From assembly GCF_018350175.1 (NCBI RefSeq), contig NC_058368.1, positions 200,200,001-200,264,000 on the forward strand: 64,000 nucleotides of DNA, given 5' to 3'. Below are positions 24,957 to 36,671 of this stretch, one piece after another. The notes under the pieces were generated by a model, which ran no database searches, was not told where the DNA came from, and saw only the letters and a program-made list of their open reading frames with translations. A program made the position numbers and the translations under genes. This stretch comes from Felis catus. Lineage: Eukaryota. Positions within the stretch are counted from its first letter, which is position 1, and every line of letters begins with the position of its first letter.

Positions 24957-25143
24957 TTTTTTTTTTACTGTTTATTCATTTTGTGGGGGGAGGGGCAGAG
25001 AGTAAGGGAGACAGAAAATCCAAAGCAGGCTCCACGCTGTTAGCGCAGAGCCTGACATGGGGCTCTAACTCACAAACCAAACTGCGAGATCATGACCCGA
25101 GCCAAAGTTGGATGCTCAACCAGCTGAGTCACCCAGGCACCCC
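24957..25143 (-). mobile_element. Can-SINE (older)
   Basis: GAGATCATGACC...TGAGTCACCCAGGCACCCC antisense head with T-rich tail. Confidence 0.9.
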
Positions 25144-25258
25144 TAGACCTATTTTTCTTACAGTGTTTATCCAGACAAAATTCTATCATGATGCTGATAG
25201 GTGCTAAAAGATTGGAACAAAGAAGGAAGGAACAGGATGGGCTTCAGGGCTTAAATAT

Positions 25259-25760
25259 TGTTGTGCATTCTTTCTCACTACAACCATTGATACGTGCATC
25301 CTAAATATTGCCCCTCTTGAATCTGAGCTGTGTCTGTAACAACTTTTGTGAATAAAGATGGCAGGAATGATATTACAATAGCTCTGATAGTAGAATTTAA
25401 AAGGACAGGCAGCTTAAATTTTCTGCCTCTTGAAACCTAGCTGCCATGCTGTGAGGAAGCCCAATTATCAACGAGGAGGGGGTGCTGTATGAAGGATAAT
25501 TGAAGCCTCCTATCCACAGCCCTAGCTGAGCTTCCAGCCTACAGACAAAATCAGCTTTCCAGACATGTGAGTGAGTGATCTTGGCTGTGCATCCTCCAAT
25601 CCCAGTTGAATGGCCTCAGCTGATGTCTCATGCAGCAAAGTTGAGCTATTCTTTTCAAGCCTTTGATCACATTGCAAAATTATGAACAGATAAATGATCA
25701 TGTTATTTCAGCCACTAAGGTTTTTGGTGCCTTGTTATGTAACAATAGATCATTGAAGCC
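25259..25760 (+). mobile_element. MaLR LTR (MLT1G/H-like)
   Basis: CCCTCTTGAATCTGAGCTG, GCTGCCATGCTGTGAGGAAGCCCAA, GCCACTAAGGTTTTTGG...TTGTTATGTAACAATAGAT. Confidence 0.8.
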
Positions 25761-25764
25761 ATGG

Positions 25765-26090
25765 GAAATGATACTATAAAGGGAGGTCAGATAATGCAAA
25801 CCTTTTAAAGCCATGTTGGTAACTTTCATTTTGACCCAAACTGCAAAGGGAAGCCTTGACAATGTCACCTTGACAACGCATTTTCAAAAGGTTGTTGTGA
25901 GTACACTGTGATGAATGGATTGCAAATGTCAAGGTGATCTATGGAGATCATTTATGAGGCTATTTTAGTTGTCTAGGTGAGAGATTATGTAAGTGAGTAT
26001 AGACAGTGGAGATGGGTAGAGCAAAAGTAGATGGGTTTGGCAGATATATTAGTGATGAAACTGAAGGAATTTAGTGATAATGCAACTTGG
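25765..26090 (-). mobile_element. L2 fragment
   Basis: GAGGCTATTTTAGTTGTCTAGGTGAGAGAT...GTAGATGGGTTTGGCAGATAT antisense L2 motifs. Confidence 0.65.
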
Positions 26091-28691
26091 GTAATGTTGA
26101 TAATGCAATGATACCTTATTGCTATTTTAGTCATTGTGTATTCTTTAGTTTTGTCTGAGTTTCTCTGTTGTTTATCTGAGATTTGAAGCTGATGTTGACT
26201 CTTGGTGGAAAGACTGAGTGGATTAGAGGGGCTTCTCATATCCTTTAACAAAATTTGAGCCAATATAGACTCCATTGTATCACAGTCCAAAATCTGACTT
26301 TCCTGTGGAGAGTAAGAGGAAAATGAAAGTGGAAACGTGTGTCATTCCTGCAGAGAGAAGCCATTACCCAGTAGAGCCCCAGACACATCTTGGTTTGTTT
26401 AGTAAATGATGCTTGTAATCAAAGTTTGTGAGTATATAAGATACACGTTTTAGCTATTAGATAAGGAGTTTCCCCAGAAATCTGAGTTTGTAAAGAAAAT
26501 GATGAAAATGAAGCAAATTCTGAATAAGCCCAGAAATAGTATGTAGTTGCCAACTGTTATTACAGATATTTATTGGAATTATTTGGTCATTTATCTGAGA
26601 AATACATTCACTCATTTTACAAATTTATGAGTTTGCTATAATGGGCAAGGAGCCATACTTGTCAGTTTGTGTGCTTACTGGTGGAGTGTGTCCTGAAATA
26701 ATTATTCTTCATGACCTTCATGAATTTATAATCTGGTGAAGGAGATACAGTATTTGATTTTAAAAATTTTCAATAGCATTTTTATACAATCAAGATGTGT
26801 AAAAACTTCAGTTCATATAAAATTCTAACACTTGGATTTATCTGGATTCTTAATTTTCTCTTCAGAAATAGTTTTAAACATTATTATTAGTAACCACCTT
26901 ACATTTCTAAATTTTTACTAAGTCATCATCTTTAATATTTTGGAATAAAGTCATGAAAAATGCTATTTGTTCTGAACCTCATTAATCTCTTGCTTAATGG
27001 AAAGAGCCATGAGCCAGAACACCTGGATTCTAGATCACTTGCCTTTGTTACTGATTTTGAGACATTAGGCAAGTTATAATCTCCCTGTGCCTTTATTTTT
27101 GTTTATTTCTTTAATCTTATAAATACCTGGCTTAGTTTTCACTCAAGATTATGCAGTAGATAAAAAGAGACGAAAATAAGTGTGTACTTTCAAAGATAAA
27201 AGCAGTTACCTTAAACAGTTATCTTAAAAATTGTATTTATTTTTAAAATGTATCATATATAAAGTATCTTGCATATAATATGTATGTGTGTATATGTATT
27301 TTCTCAGGTAACAGTGGGTAGGACCACATTGAGTAATTTTTTAGTTATATGAATAATGAGACAGTGATTTACTAAATAACACCCCTTTTCATTTGGATTA
27401 AAGTTTAGAAAAGACTAAATGAATTATTATTGAAATACACTGAATAGGTAAAGTTTGAGAAGGCTAGAAGAGCTTTGTGCCTCTATGCCTTCTTAACTAA
27501 TGTTATTGATGAGAACACAATCTTTTTGTTCCAATGTTTCATTTCCATAAAAAATGCACAAAGAATTTCTGTTAGATTAACTTGGTACAGTTAAAATACT
27601 TAAGAAATTAAAGAACTACCTAGTTTAAGAAATTGTAAGTCAAAAACCAATCACCAAAGAATCTGCAGTTTGGACATAAGTTAAGCAGAATTAAGTGCTG
27701 CAAGAAAGACAGAAACTTTCTTTTCTAAAACTCCTCTCTCAAGTTTTCTGGCTAAGCCATACTGTGTCCTAGCTAAGGTAAATGCTACCTTTCCTCTTTT
27801 CTTTTTAGCAGACAAGACAAGCGTTTCCATTGTGGTAGATTTGACTAGCCATTTGGTGACAGTATTTGGGAATTTCTAGGTATGCTGTTGGTATGTTTAC
27901 TTTCATCTTGTGAATTATGATTAAACAGTGGGACAATAACTACCTTTCATTTTACTTCACTACTAATACATTTTATTAGACAGTGGGTCTCCTAGAAAAG
28001 TTGAGCTCTTCCTCTTCTTTCCATGTATATTTCCCTCCAGGTCTTTTAATAAAAGCTTAAAAAGATGGTTGCCTAATCACAATATGATGTGCAAAGCAGT
28101 GTATTTATGCCACTGGTGTTTTGTTTGTTTTTTGCAAATAATACATTTTTGCATGAGCAGAATGTATTTTCACTTTACTCAAGACCTAGGAGGCCCTCCT
28201 GAGATTTCCCATTTCTGCTTAGAACAATATAAATTATTACTTTATATCATATACATGTAATACCTAAATATACCATTAAAAGATGACAGCCATTTCTTTC
28301 TTCCCTTGACAAACTTTTTAAAGTATGAGTTCCATGGTTTGCTAAAGTTCTTACCAAGTAAAGTTGGAAGCTTTTGCTACTTAGTTTGTTTAACGTTTTC
28401 ATGTGACAACTGAAAAAGGTTATTTCTAGAGAAAAAAAATGGCTGCAGCTAAATAAGAGGCATTTACCTGTGAAGACTAGGGACATGGAGTTATGTGTTT
28501 TTCTGCAATATTTGATGGCATCATTAGTACCTGGAGTACAAAAAGGAATAATATTCTTTGCAGACTTTAAGTTCATTGAGAAACAGCATGATATATTGAT
28601 ATATGAGAAAAAATACTTTTCCCACTGCTAATTAGGGTTAAAACACATGTTTGCAGATCAAAAACTCTGCTGAAACAGCTGGACAGTTTCT

Positions 28692-28904
28692 TTTTTTTTT
28701 TTAAGTTTATTTATTCATTTTTGAGAGAGAGAGAGGGAATAGGGGAGGGGCAGAGAGAAAGGGGGAGAGAGGGAGAATCCCAAGCAAGCCCAGCACGCCC
28801 AGCACAGAGCCTGATGCGGGGCTCAAACTCACCAACCATGAGATCATGACCTGAGCTGAAACGAAGAGTTAGATGCTCAACCGACTGAACCACCCAGGTG
28901 CCCC
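28692..28904 (-). mobile_element. Can-SINE
   Basis: TSD ACAGCTGGACA(G/A)TTTCT at 28675-28691 and 28905-28921. Confidence 0.95.
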
Positions 28905-29389
28905 ACAGCTGGACAATTTCTATCTGATGACAGGTAAACTATCAGTTGGAGATATTTGGAAAGTATTTGGACATTTTAATAGCATTAAACCAAATATTTA
29001 TTTCAGCTGCAAAGATGGAAACAAATGGTTATCATTTTGAAATGTTTCCTATTGAAATATTCTTTTTTAAAAAACTATAAGGACACAAGTATTGGGTTTT
29101 CTTTCTGAAAAGACATTATACTTGAAAAGTATTTGTCATTTTAGGCCCCATATTATTGTATAATCTTTGTATGAAGATATTGCTGTGGATGTGCCATAGA
29201 AGGATGTGTGCTTTGTCAGTTGTCCTCATCATGATAAACAGTACAAATTGGAGAAATGGCTTCTCAAATTGTAAATTTAGCCTGTGACTTCTGAGTTTTG
29301 ATTTTAAGTTGGTTGGTCAATATTATAATCAAATGAATGGCCTTGTTTTTATTGGCTGATTGACCTAAACCATTGTAGATAATAGCAAG

Positions 29390-29390
<1 letters not shown>

Positions 29391-29421
<31 letters not shown>
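29391..29421. repeat. (TG)n microsatellite
   Basis: About 15 units. Confidence 0.95.
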
Positions 29422-29423
<2 letters not shown>

Positions 29424-30464
29424 AAGTTAATATTTCAAATGTAAAACTAGGTCACAAGCAGCAAAGTGAATTGTCTAAAGGAACATGGACTAAGACTTAA
29501 AATTCCTATCCCTGATCTATTCATTATAATAGAATCCCAATTCCCTTTCAATTTCTTGTTTCAGATTGTCTTGAATTATCATTTTCCTTTCATCATTTAC
29601 ATTGAACAGATTTGCAGTTTACCACTCTTTGTTAAATCTAGTCTAAAGTCCTAAGTTTCTATGCTGTTTATGAATTGAACAAATCAATCCAGGTAATCTC
29701 TTATTAACAACGTATATTCTCATACTTAACATTTCTGGATCTGATGTGTTTTAGACTTATAGTAGAAATCATTCAGAATGTAAAGTATTTCTCAGTCTGA
29801 TTTTTAAAATTCGGAAGTACCTACTCATTCAATTTTGTCTCTAAAATATGGCTTTTTTTCCCACTAGTATAAGACTCACACTATCCAGTCATCTGACATG
29901 GGTCAATGAGAAATCAGTATATTAGGACATTTGGCTATTACTGACCTGAAGAATTTTTAAAATAGCATTTAAGAGGTCATTGTCTTCATATCCTATTACT
30001 GATTCCAAATGTCCATTTCTCTTTATAAATGTCCCTAGGTTTCATTATAGAGAAAGACTTCTGATAATAATTTGTTTCCTTTACTTATATGATTAAAAAA
30101 TCAATTCTGATGCACTGTTTTATGAACATGTAAGTATACATATAAGTTATAGTATATAATTTGCAACACACATGGAAAGGAAGCATTGTCTCCATTAGTT
30201 AGTATTGCTACCTGAGCAAAATGCTAACATGTAAATTTTCTATCAACAGAGAGTTAAAAATTCTCAACTCCTAACCAGACTGAAAGAAGAACTAAATATA
30301 TCTAGGCATTTCTCCATTTTTATAATAACATGAAATGATAAACTATTAATTATTAATCAAAGGGTTCATTTCAACTCTGGTTCTGCTCTTCTTTGTTAAA
30401 TTTATTCCCAGAACAATACACTAATTCAAGGTATGATAACACAATAGACGTTAAATTTGTCAGG

Positions 30465-30582
30465 AGAACTGTGCAAAAATGTCATGCCTGAGCTGTATCC
30501 CAGAACAATGGAATCAGAATCCCTGGGGATGGGGTCCAAGCATGAATGTTTTTTCATAGATCCCCAGTCTGAAAACCACTGC
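30465..30582. mobile_element. MER5-like hAT-Charlie fragment
   Basis: GAATCAGAATCCCTGGGGATGGGGTCCAAG...TGAAAACCACTG. Confidence 0.65.
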
Positions 30583-30924
30583 ATTAGGCACTCTGAGATT
30601 TTCCTTGCTTAGATTCAATCATGTTTTCTTATTTAATTAGGTATGTTTCTTCTGTGACCCAGAATACACTGCTTGCATGAACTCAGCTTACTTTCAAACT
30701 TGAACTCACCAAGACCTAGTCAACTGAGCATATACATATTTGATTTTGGCATGAACTTATTTTGCCTACACGTTGCAGAGGTCTTAAAATTATGAAATAT
30801 ATCCAGTTCTCACACAAAGAAACACAAAGACAAAGACTTAAGTAACAATTGAGGGCTCATAAAATATATACTGATTGGTTCTTCCAATTATAATTTTATT
30901 TTATAGAAATTTTTCTTGATTTTT

Positions 30925-31035
30925 TAGGTTGACCAACCAGCCTAGTTTGCTCAGGGCTGAAGGGTTTCTTAGGACATGGCTTTCAGTTCTAAAACTAGGA
31001 AAGTCTTGAACAAATTGTGCCAGGTGATCACTCTA
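30925..31035. mobile_element. MER94/MER81-like hAT-Blackjack MITE
   Basis: AGGTTGACCAACCAGCCTAGTTTGCTCAGGGCTG...AAAACTAGGAAAGTC...GGTGATCACTCT with degenerate terminal inverted repeats. Confidence 0.65.
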
Positions 31036-31879
31036 CTTCCATTTCCTTAATTTAAATTTACTGATCTCACCTCTTTGTGTAAAGGAATACCTAATTGACA
31101 GGCTCCGTATTAATCATGTAAGCTTCAGATATTCTAAAAAGTGGCAAAAGAAAGTAGTCTTCTAGCTGAAAAAAGAATATTTTAAGATTTAACATTTAGG
31201 AAAAGTAGAATAAGTAGGTTGAATTGGATGATGTTTGAACTGTCTCCCAGGTGAAATATCTTATTAGATAAAAAGGGGGAAATGCTATTTTATGCATACA
31301 GGAAACTTGACAACACTATTTAGAATTTAAAAATAATCGGACCTATCTGCCTTGATAAATTTAATTAATTAATTTCAATCAATTCAATAAATCTTGGGCG
31401 ATAGTGGGGATACAGAGGCCATCCATACACAAAGAACTGCTTGCCTTCAAGGAGTTCGCATTGTAGTTGATAAAGACCATCCATATCAGTGAGGGAATTG
31501 GAGGGATCTGTGGACTGTGCTCTTTGCTGGTGTAAATTATTAAAGTTTACTGCCAGGTTGCTCTTTATGTCCCTTTCCCTCTTGCTTTCAAACAAATACA
31601 AATTTTTATTTGTTTCTGTACTTGATTTTTGAAAGTGTCTGGACGAGCTGCTTTGGCAACCATCTGCAATAATTTTGCTGACAGGGACTTTGCTGTTCCC
31701 GTAACAAGGAAACATTGCCAGGTGACCTATCATTATCCTTTGATGATATTTGTTATTGTGTTATATGATCTTTTCCAATGTTTGACAGAAGCTGGTGCAA
31801 AAAGAAAAATTTTTGGAGGCCTATCTTGGCAAAATAGTGAGGGAGGAAATGGAAAAGAGGTACAGAGTTTCGTGTTTGG

Positions 31880-32105
31880 GATTGTAAACTGTTCAAAGTT
31901 CTTAGATGAGAGGAGTTTCAAATACTCCTCTCCTTACAGGTATGAGAAATTTGTTATACTATTGAACCTCCCTATATGAGTTTTTCACTTACAAAATTGA
32001 AATGGTCATTCTACCCTTTCATGGCATCTTTGGGTAGATTAAATGCAGTAATATATGGAAAGGATTTAGTGCAATTTCTGGCACATAGTTAATACTAAAA
32101 GTGTG
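31880..32105 (+). mobile_element. MIR
   Basis: GTTCAAATACTCCTCTCCTTAC...GATTAAATGCAGTAATATATGGAAAG...TCTGGCACATAGT. Confidence 0.65.
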
Positions 32106-35100
32106 TGTTGTACTTGTAATTCTTCTGTGCCTTTGTTTAGTGCTTCCTAAGGATTACTAAATCTTTTGTGTGCTTAATAGATACAAAATAATTAGAAATT
32201 ATCTGGAATTTTCTATATACCCACAGTATCTGTAAAAATGGAAGACAAAAAGTTATATTAGTACAATAGTTTAAAATAGAACTGTATGAAAAGGACATTG
32301 AGTGCACTGTACAAATCAGAAAACACTTAAGTCTGGAAAACTTTGAGGCCACGAGTAGTATTTACCTGTTTCTAATCAGGAAACCCTTCCCCTACTTTTA
32401 GAAATTGTATCAACAGAATAATTAACAAAATTTTTTTTCCAGACTCCTTTTTTCACATAACATATTTAAATGCTTGGAGCTTAAATTTTATTTTTTAATA
32501 CCACTATACTTAAATTTGGCGGTAGCAGCAGCATGTGTGTAAGTTCAATAGAAGGCAACGTGGTGCTTTTTGTAAAGACAGTAAAAATAGGTATGCTGTA
32601 GCAAAGGAAAGACAGACTGGTCACTGAGAGAATATATGAACTGGCTCCTGTCCAAGAAGCAGTAGTACTGAAGGGGTTAATGGCAGCTAGTGAGCAGTGC
32701 GAGTGTTCTAAGTTGAGATTCTGCGGCTGCTTGCTGGAGCCTTAAGCTCCATAATTATATTTCTCTTCTGCCTTATCCATAGCACTTTGTACTATTATAG
32801 CCCCATTCCTTGGATTAGCAGATCGGAATTTGAATTAGCAATGCTTCACTTGTCTTGTTTTTAAGATGCCCTACATAAAAACCAATACAAACATTACCTT
32901 TTAGTTTTCTAGCTATCAAATTTTAGCAGGGTGTTATTTTTGGTAGCAAAGGGCCTCCGACATTGCTGTGGAATTGCCTCCTTTTGTTGCATCAACCTCA
33001 GGTCACTGGAAAAGAATAGAGGCTTTGGGGTTGACAAAGATGAAGAGGTGATTTGTGGGCCAGTGCGTCAAAAACTGGAACAGGTGTATGTGAGAGAAGC
33101 ATACTTCAGCCTCATGTTGTGCACAGACACTTCTTTCCTTCAAGGAGCCCAGAATGTTCATCAAGCATGAAAAGCTTTCAATCTGTTTTTGACATAGAAA
33201 AAAATAGCTTGTCCTAAAACAAGTGTTTCTCCTAAATGCCTAGGTTCTCCATCTAGAGTGAAGTGGATGGATAATTGGATTTAAATGAACAGCGTTGGAA
33301 AGGATGAAAAATAATGTCATTGTGCTATTTAAAACTCCCAAGCAGATAGTTTTTGTTTTTTTGGATTTTTTTCTTCAGTTTTAAGGAATGGAAATGTGTT
33401 TGTTTTGCTCTTTACAATATATCCTGGTCAGAATTTTATCTAGTGAGATCTGAACAAAATTGGAGTTTTGGAAAATCCTTAGCTTACTGGAACTCGAGAC
33501 CGCATACCAGTTTCTATTATTAAATGAATATTTGCAGCCTCAAATAAAGCAAAAGAGCAGGTGGATTATCTCAGAATAGAGACGATTTCTTTTACTTTTA
33601 TGAACTAATATTGCTAAGTGCTCCATCATAGGAACTGGATCTCTATTAAAGTGTTCTGATTATCTCTAGGGTCAGTTTCATTTGTGTACAGTACAACAAG
33701 CTGAATAATTATAATCATTCATTAATAGAGAATTTTCTAATTCAGTGTGTCCTGTTAGGCTTTTACACAGCTGTGTGATTTCTGTTATTTTTTTTTAATT
33801 TTCAAAGTCTCTTATATCATGAATTTATAATTTTATTCTCAATTTGACTGATTTGTCACTGTATCCCTTCAACAGAACCAAATGCTTGTGGCCTCTCCCC
33901 ATCTTTCAGAAGGACAAATTGAAAGGCTGTTATCCTGAGCTATCTAGGTAAAAAAAAAGTCTTAATTTGCCATTTGGTTACATTTCTTCCCTTTCACCCA
34001 AATTCAGTATGATGCTGCATTATGCTGAGTGTCTGTGTGTAGTATGAATGTGTATAGTCAACAGTGTATTCTTAGGTTTTGGGATCCTGAGCTTCATAGT
34101 GGACAAAAACAATTGTATTCAATTCTCCTTCAAGGTTTGATGAAGCACCTATAAATAGTAATTTTTTTCAGCATCTAGGAGAATGAAGAGCAAATCAGAA
34201 ACAAGGGTGGGGAAGGGCTAGGGGCGAAAAACTATTATTTAGAAAGACTAAAAGACATATAGAAAACTACCACTCAATATCAACTCAACCTCCTTAAAGC
34301 TTGTTTACAACAAAGTTTATATTTCCACAAGAGATATATTGGTTAAGAGTTTCAAACAGGAAAATTGTGTGATTCATTTTCTTTAAGCAAAAACTATATC
34401 TCATCACAGTAATGAGTTTTATGCCACCAAGTTTTTTTTTTCTTTCTTTTTTTTTTTTCTTCTCAGCTTTAAGTACAAAATCAGTCTTTAGTGTTGTGCT
34501 TGGAATTATGTGGCTTTTAAGAATGATATTATTTTTTCCAAGGGGTCATCTCATTTTGGGGATAACTGCAGACTTTACTTAGGTGTAATTTCATTCCTTC
34601 TTTTACAAAGTGACAGTTTAAATTCAGTATGACAGTGTGAGTGATATGCTTGCTAAATTTGCACTAACATATGCAAATTTAGGGAGGAATTATTTATCGG
34701 GGAGTAATATGTTTAAATTTTTTAATAAAGAAAAGCCTAATAAGCATAAAGGGGAACTCTGTATGAAACTGGTGACAGATGGTGATCATTTGCTAAAGGA
34801 AATCACCTCATGTGGAAATTCTAGTGCCACAGAAAATATAATGCATATAGGACTCCCTTCTTAATTCTGGATTATTATTGTGGATAATAGGGGTAGAGAT
34901 ATGGCAAAGGCCTCACTGGCTTTCGGTCAAAATTTTGAATTGTGATTGAAGGGGAGGTATCCTACTCCAGTGAGTAGGATCAATGCCTTTCAGCTCTGCC
35001 TCACTGACTCAGATTGAACAAACCAGTCATTTGCCAAAGTAAGAAAAGACTTTCTTATGGAGCCAATGGGCTCCATGTTTGATCTAAGTTCGTTGTTCCC

Positions 35101-35735
35101 ATCCATGAGGAAGATTCATCAAATTGATGCTTGTCTATTGCTCAAAAATCCCCTTTTTTTCTCTTTTCCTTAAGATTCAAGTCCATTGTTTTATATCTTT
35201 TCTGCGTTCTTGAATAGAAAGACAATTATTTAAGAAGACTAAGTCACTTCAGCAAAATCGTTTTGCCTAAAGTTGATGGTTGTAAGCTTATGTTGCATAG
35301 CACCATATAATTTGTAAAGTTTTCACATATACTAGTTCATATTAGAGAGTTAAACATATATATAGTGTGAACAAAATATATAGAATATATCCTACTCTCC
35401 AGACCATTATGCTGACTCATTTTTATCATAAATAGAGATTTAAGTGTTTTTTTTCTATTTTATGATGATACTTAGTCATAATTTTGTTAGATTAAATGTT
35501 TTTATTCCTTCTTCTATTTAATTCATGACAGCAGATAGGTCTTTGGTTTTAAATTCCAAAAAATGTAGGGAGACCCACAGCCCAATCTATTACAATATAT
35601 TTCTATTGCTGAGTATTTTATATATACTGTTTTATACATACTGTTTTATGCTGACTTTCTTGGAGCAGCAGGTGTCAGAGGACTATGGGGCTCTCTGATT
35701 CTTCCAAGTTTTTCTCTGGTACCCAGAGCTTGAGC

Positions 35736-35942
35736 CAGGCAAAATGATGTTGATTCTTTCTTCCACTTTTCTTTTTACTTTTTGATTTATTTGTGTATTA
35801 ATGCAAATTCAAACTGTTGATTTTCTGATATGAACTTTCAGGCAAAATGATGTTGATTCTTTCTTCCATTTTTCTTTTTCTTTTTTGATTTATTTGTGTA
35901 TTAATGCAAATTCAAACTGTTGATTTTCTGATATGAACTTTC
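35736..35942. repeat. 103-bp tandem duplication (2 copies)
   Basis: CAGGCAAAATGATGTTGATTC...GATATGAACTTT starts at 35736 and again at 35839; about 3 substitutions. Confidence 0.95.
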
Positions 35943-36347
35943 CATTATGGGTCTGAATTTACATTAAAAGCCACAAAATGATTAAGTAATTTGAATTAAA
36001 ATTAAACAAACAAAAGGCCACAAAATGAACATTTGAAAATAGGCTTCTGATATGGGTTGTTTTCATAATTAAAGGCTTTTTATTCTTTTTTTTTGTGTTC
36101 CAGGTTGTTTAGTTAATTTGATACATACTCAGAATACATATTTTATAAATTACCTTCTTATTATATAATCTCTAATTTTAATAAAATCAGTTATATAGTT
36201 TCATCTTGATAGCAAAACAGGTGCTTTTTAAGGGCTAGCTTCTTCATATGTGTTATAGCATATTCTAGTTCTTTGATAGAATTTATCATTTTCCAGTGGA
36301 GTTACTTTTGTATTCATCTGTATCTTAACTAAGACTATGAGCATCTT

Positions 36348-36491
36348 TTATTTTATTATTTTATTTTATTTTATTTTATTTTATTTTATTTTATTTTATT
36401 TTATTTTATTTTGTTTTTGAGAGAGGTTGCAAGTGAGTGAGGGGCAGAGAGAGAGAGAATCCCAGGAGAGACAGAGGGAGACAGAAATAGA

Positions 36492-36546
<55 letters not shown>

Positions 36547-36671
36547 TGAGTGGGTCTTATCCAATGCGGGGCTGGTATTCACCTGATGTGGGGCTCGAGC
36601 TCACCTAAAGCTCATGACCTGAACCTATATCAAGTGTTGGGTGCTTAACTGAGGAACCACCCAGGTGCCCC
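36348..36671 (-). mobile_element. Can-SINE variant with (ATTTT)n tail and long (GA)n
   Basis: TSD AAGACT(A/G)TGAGCATCTT at 36331-36347 and 36672-36688; (ATTTT)n ~36350-36412; (GA)n ~36495-36543. Confidence 0.92.

Noticed and set aside
32931..33170. 79-aa ORF with possible splice sites
   Set aside because: Non-ATG start, weak donor (CAG|GTGTAT) and no recognisable protein similarity.
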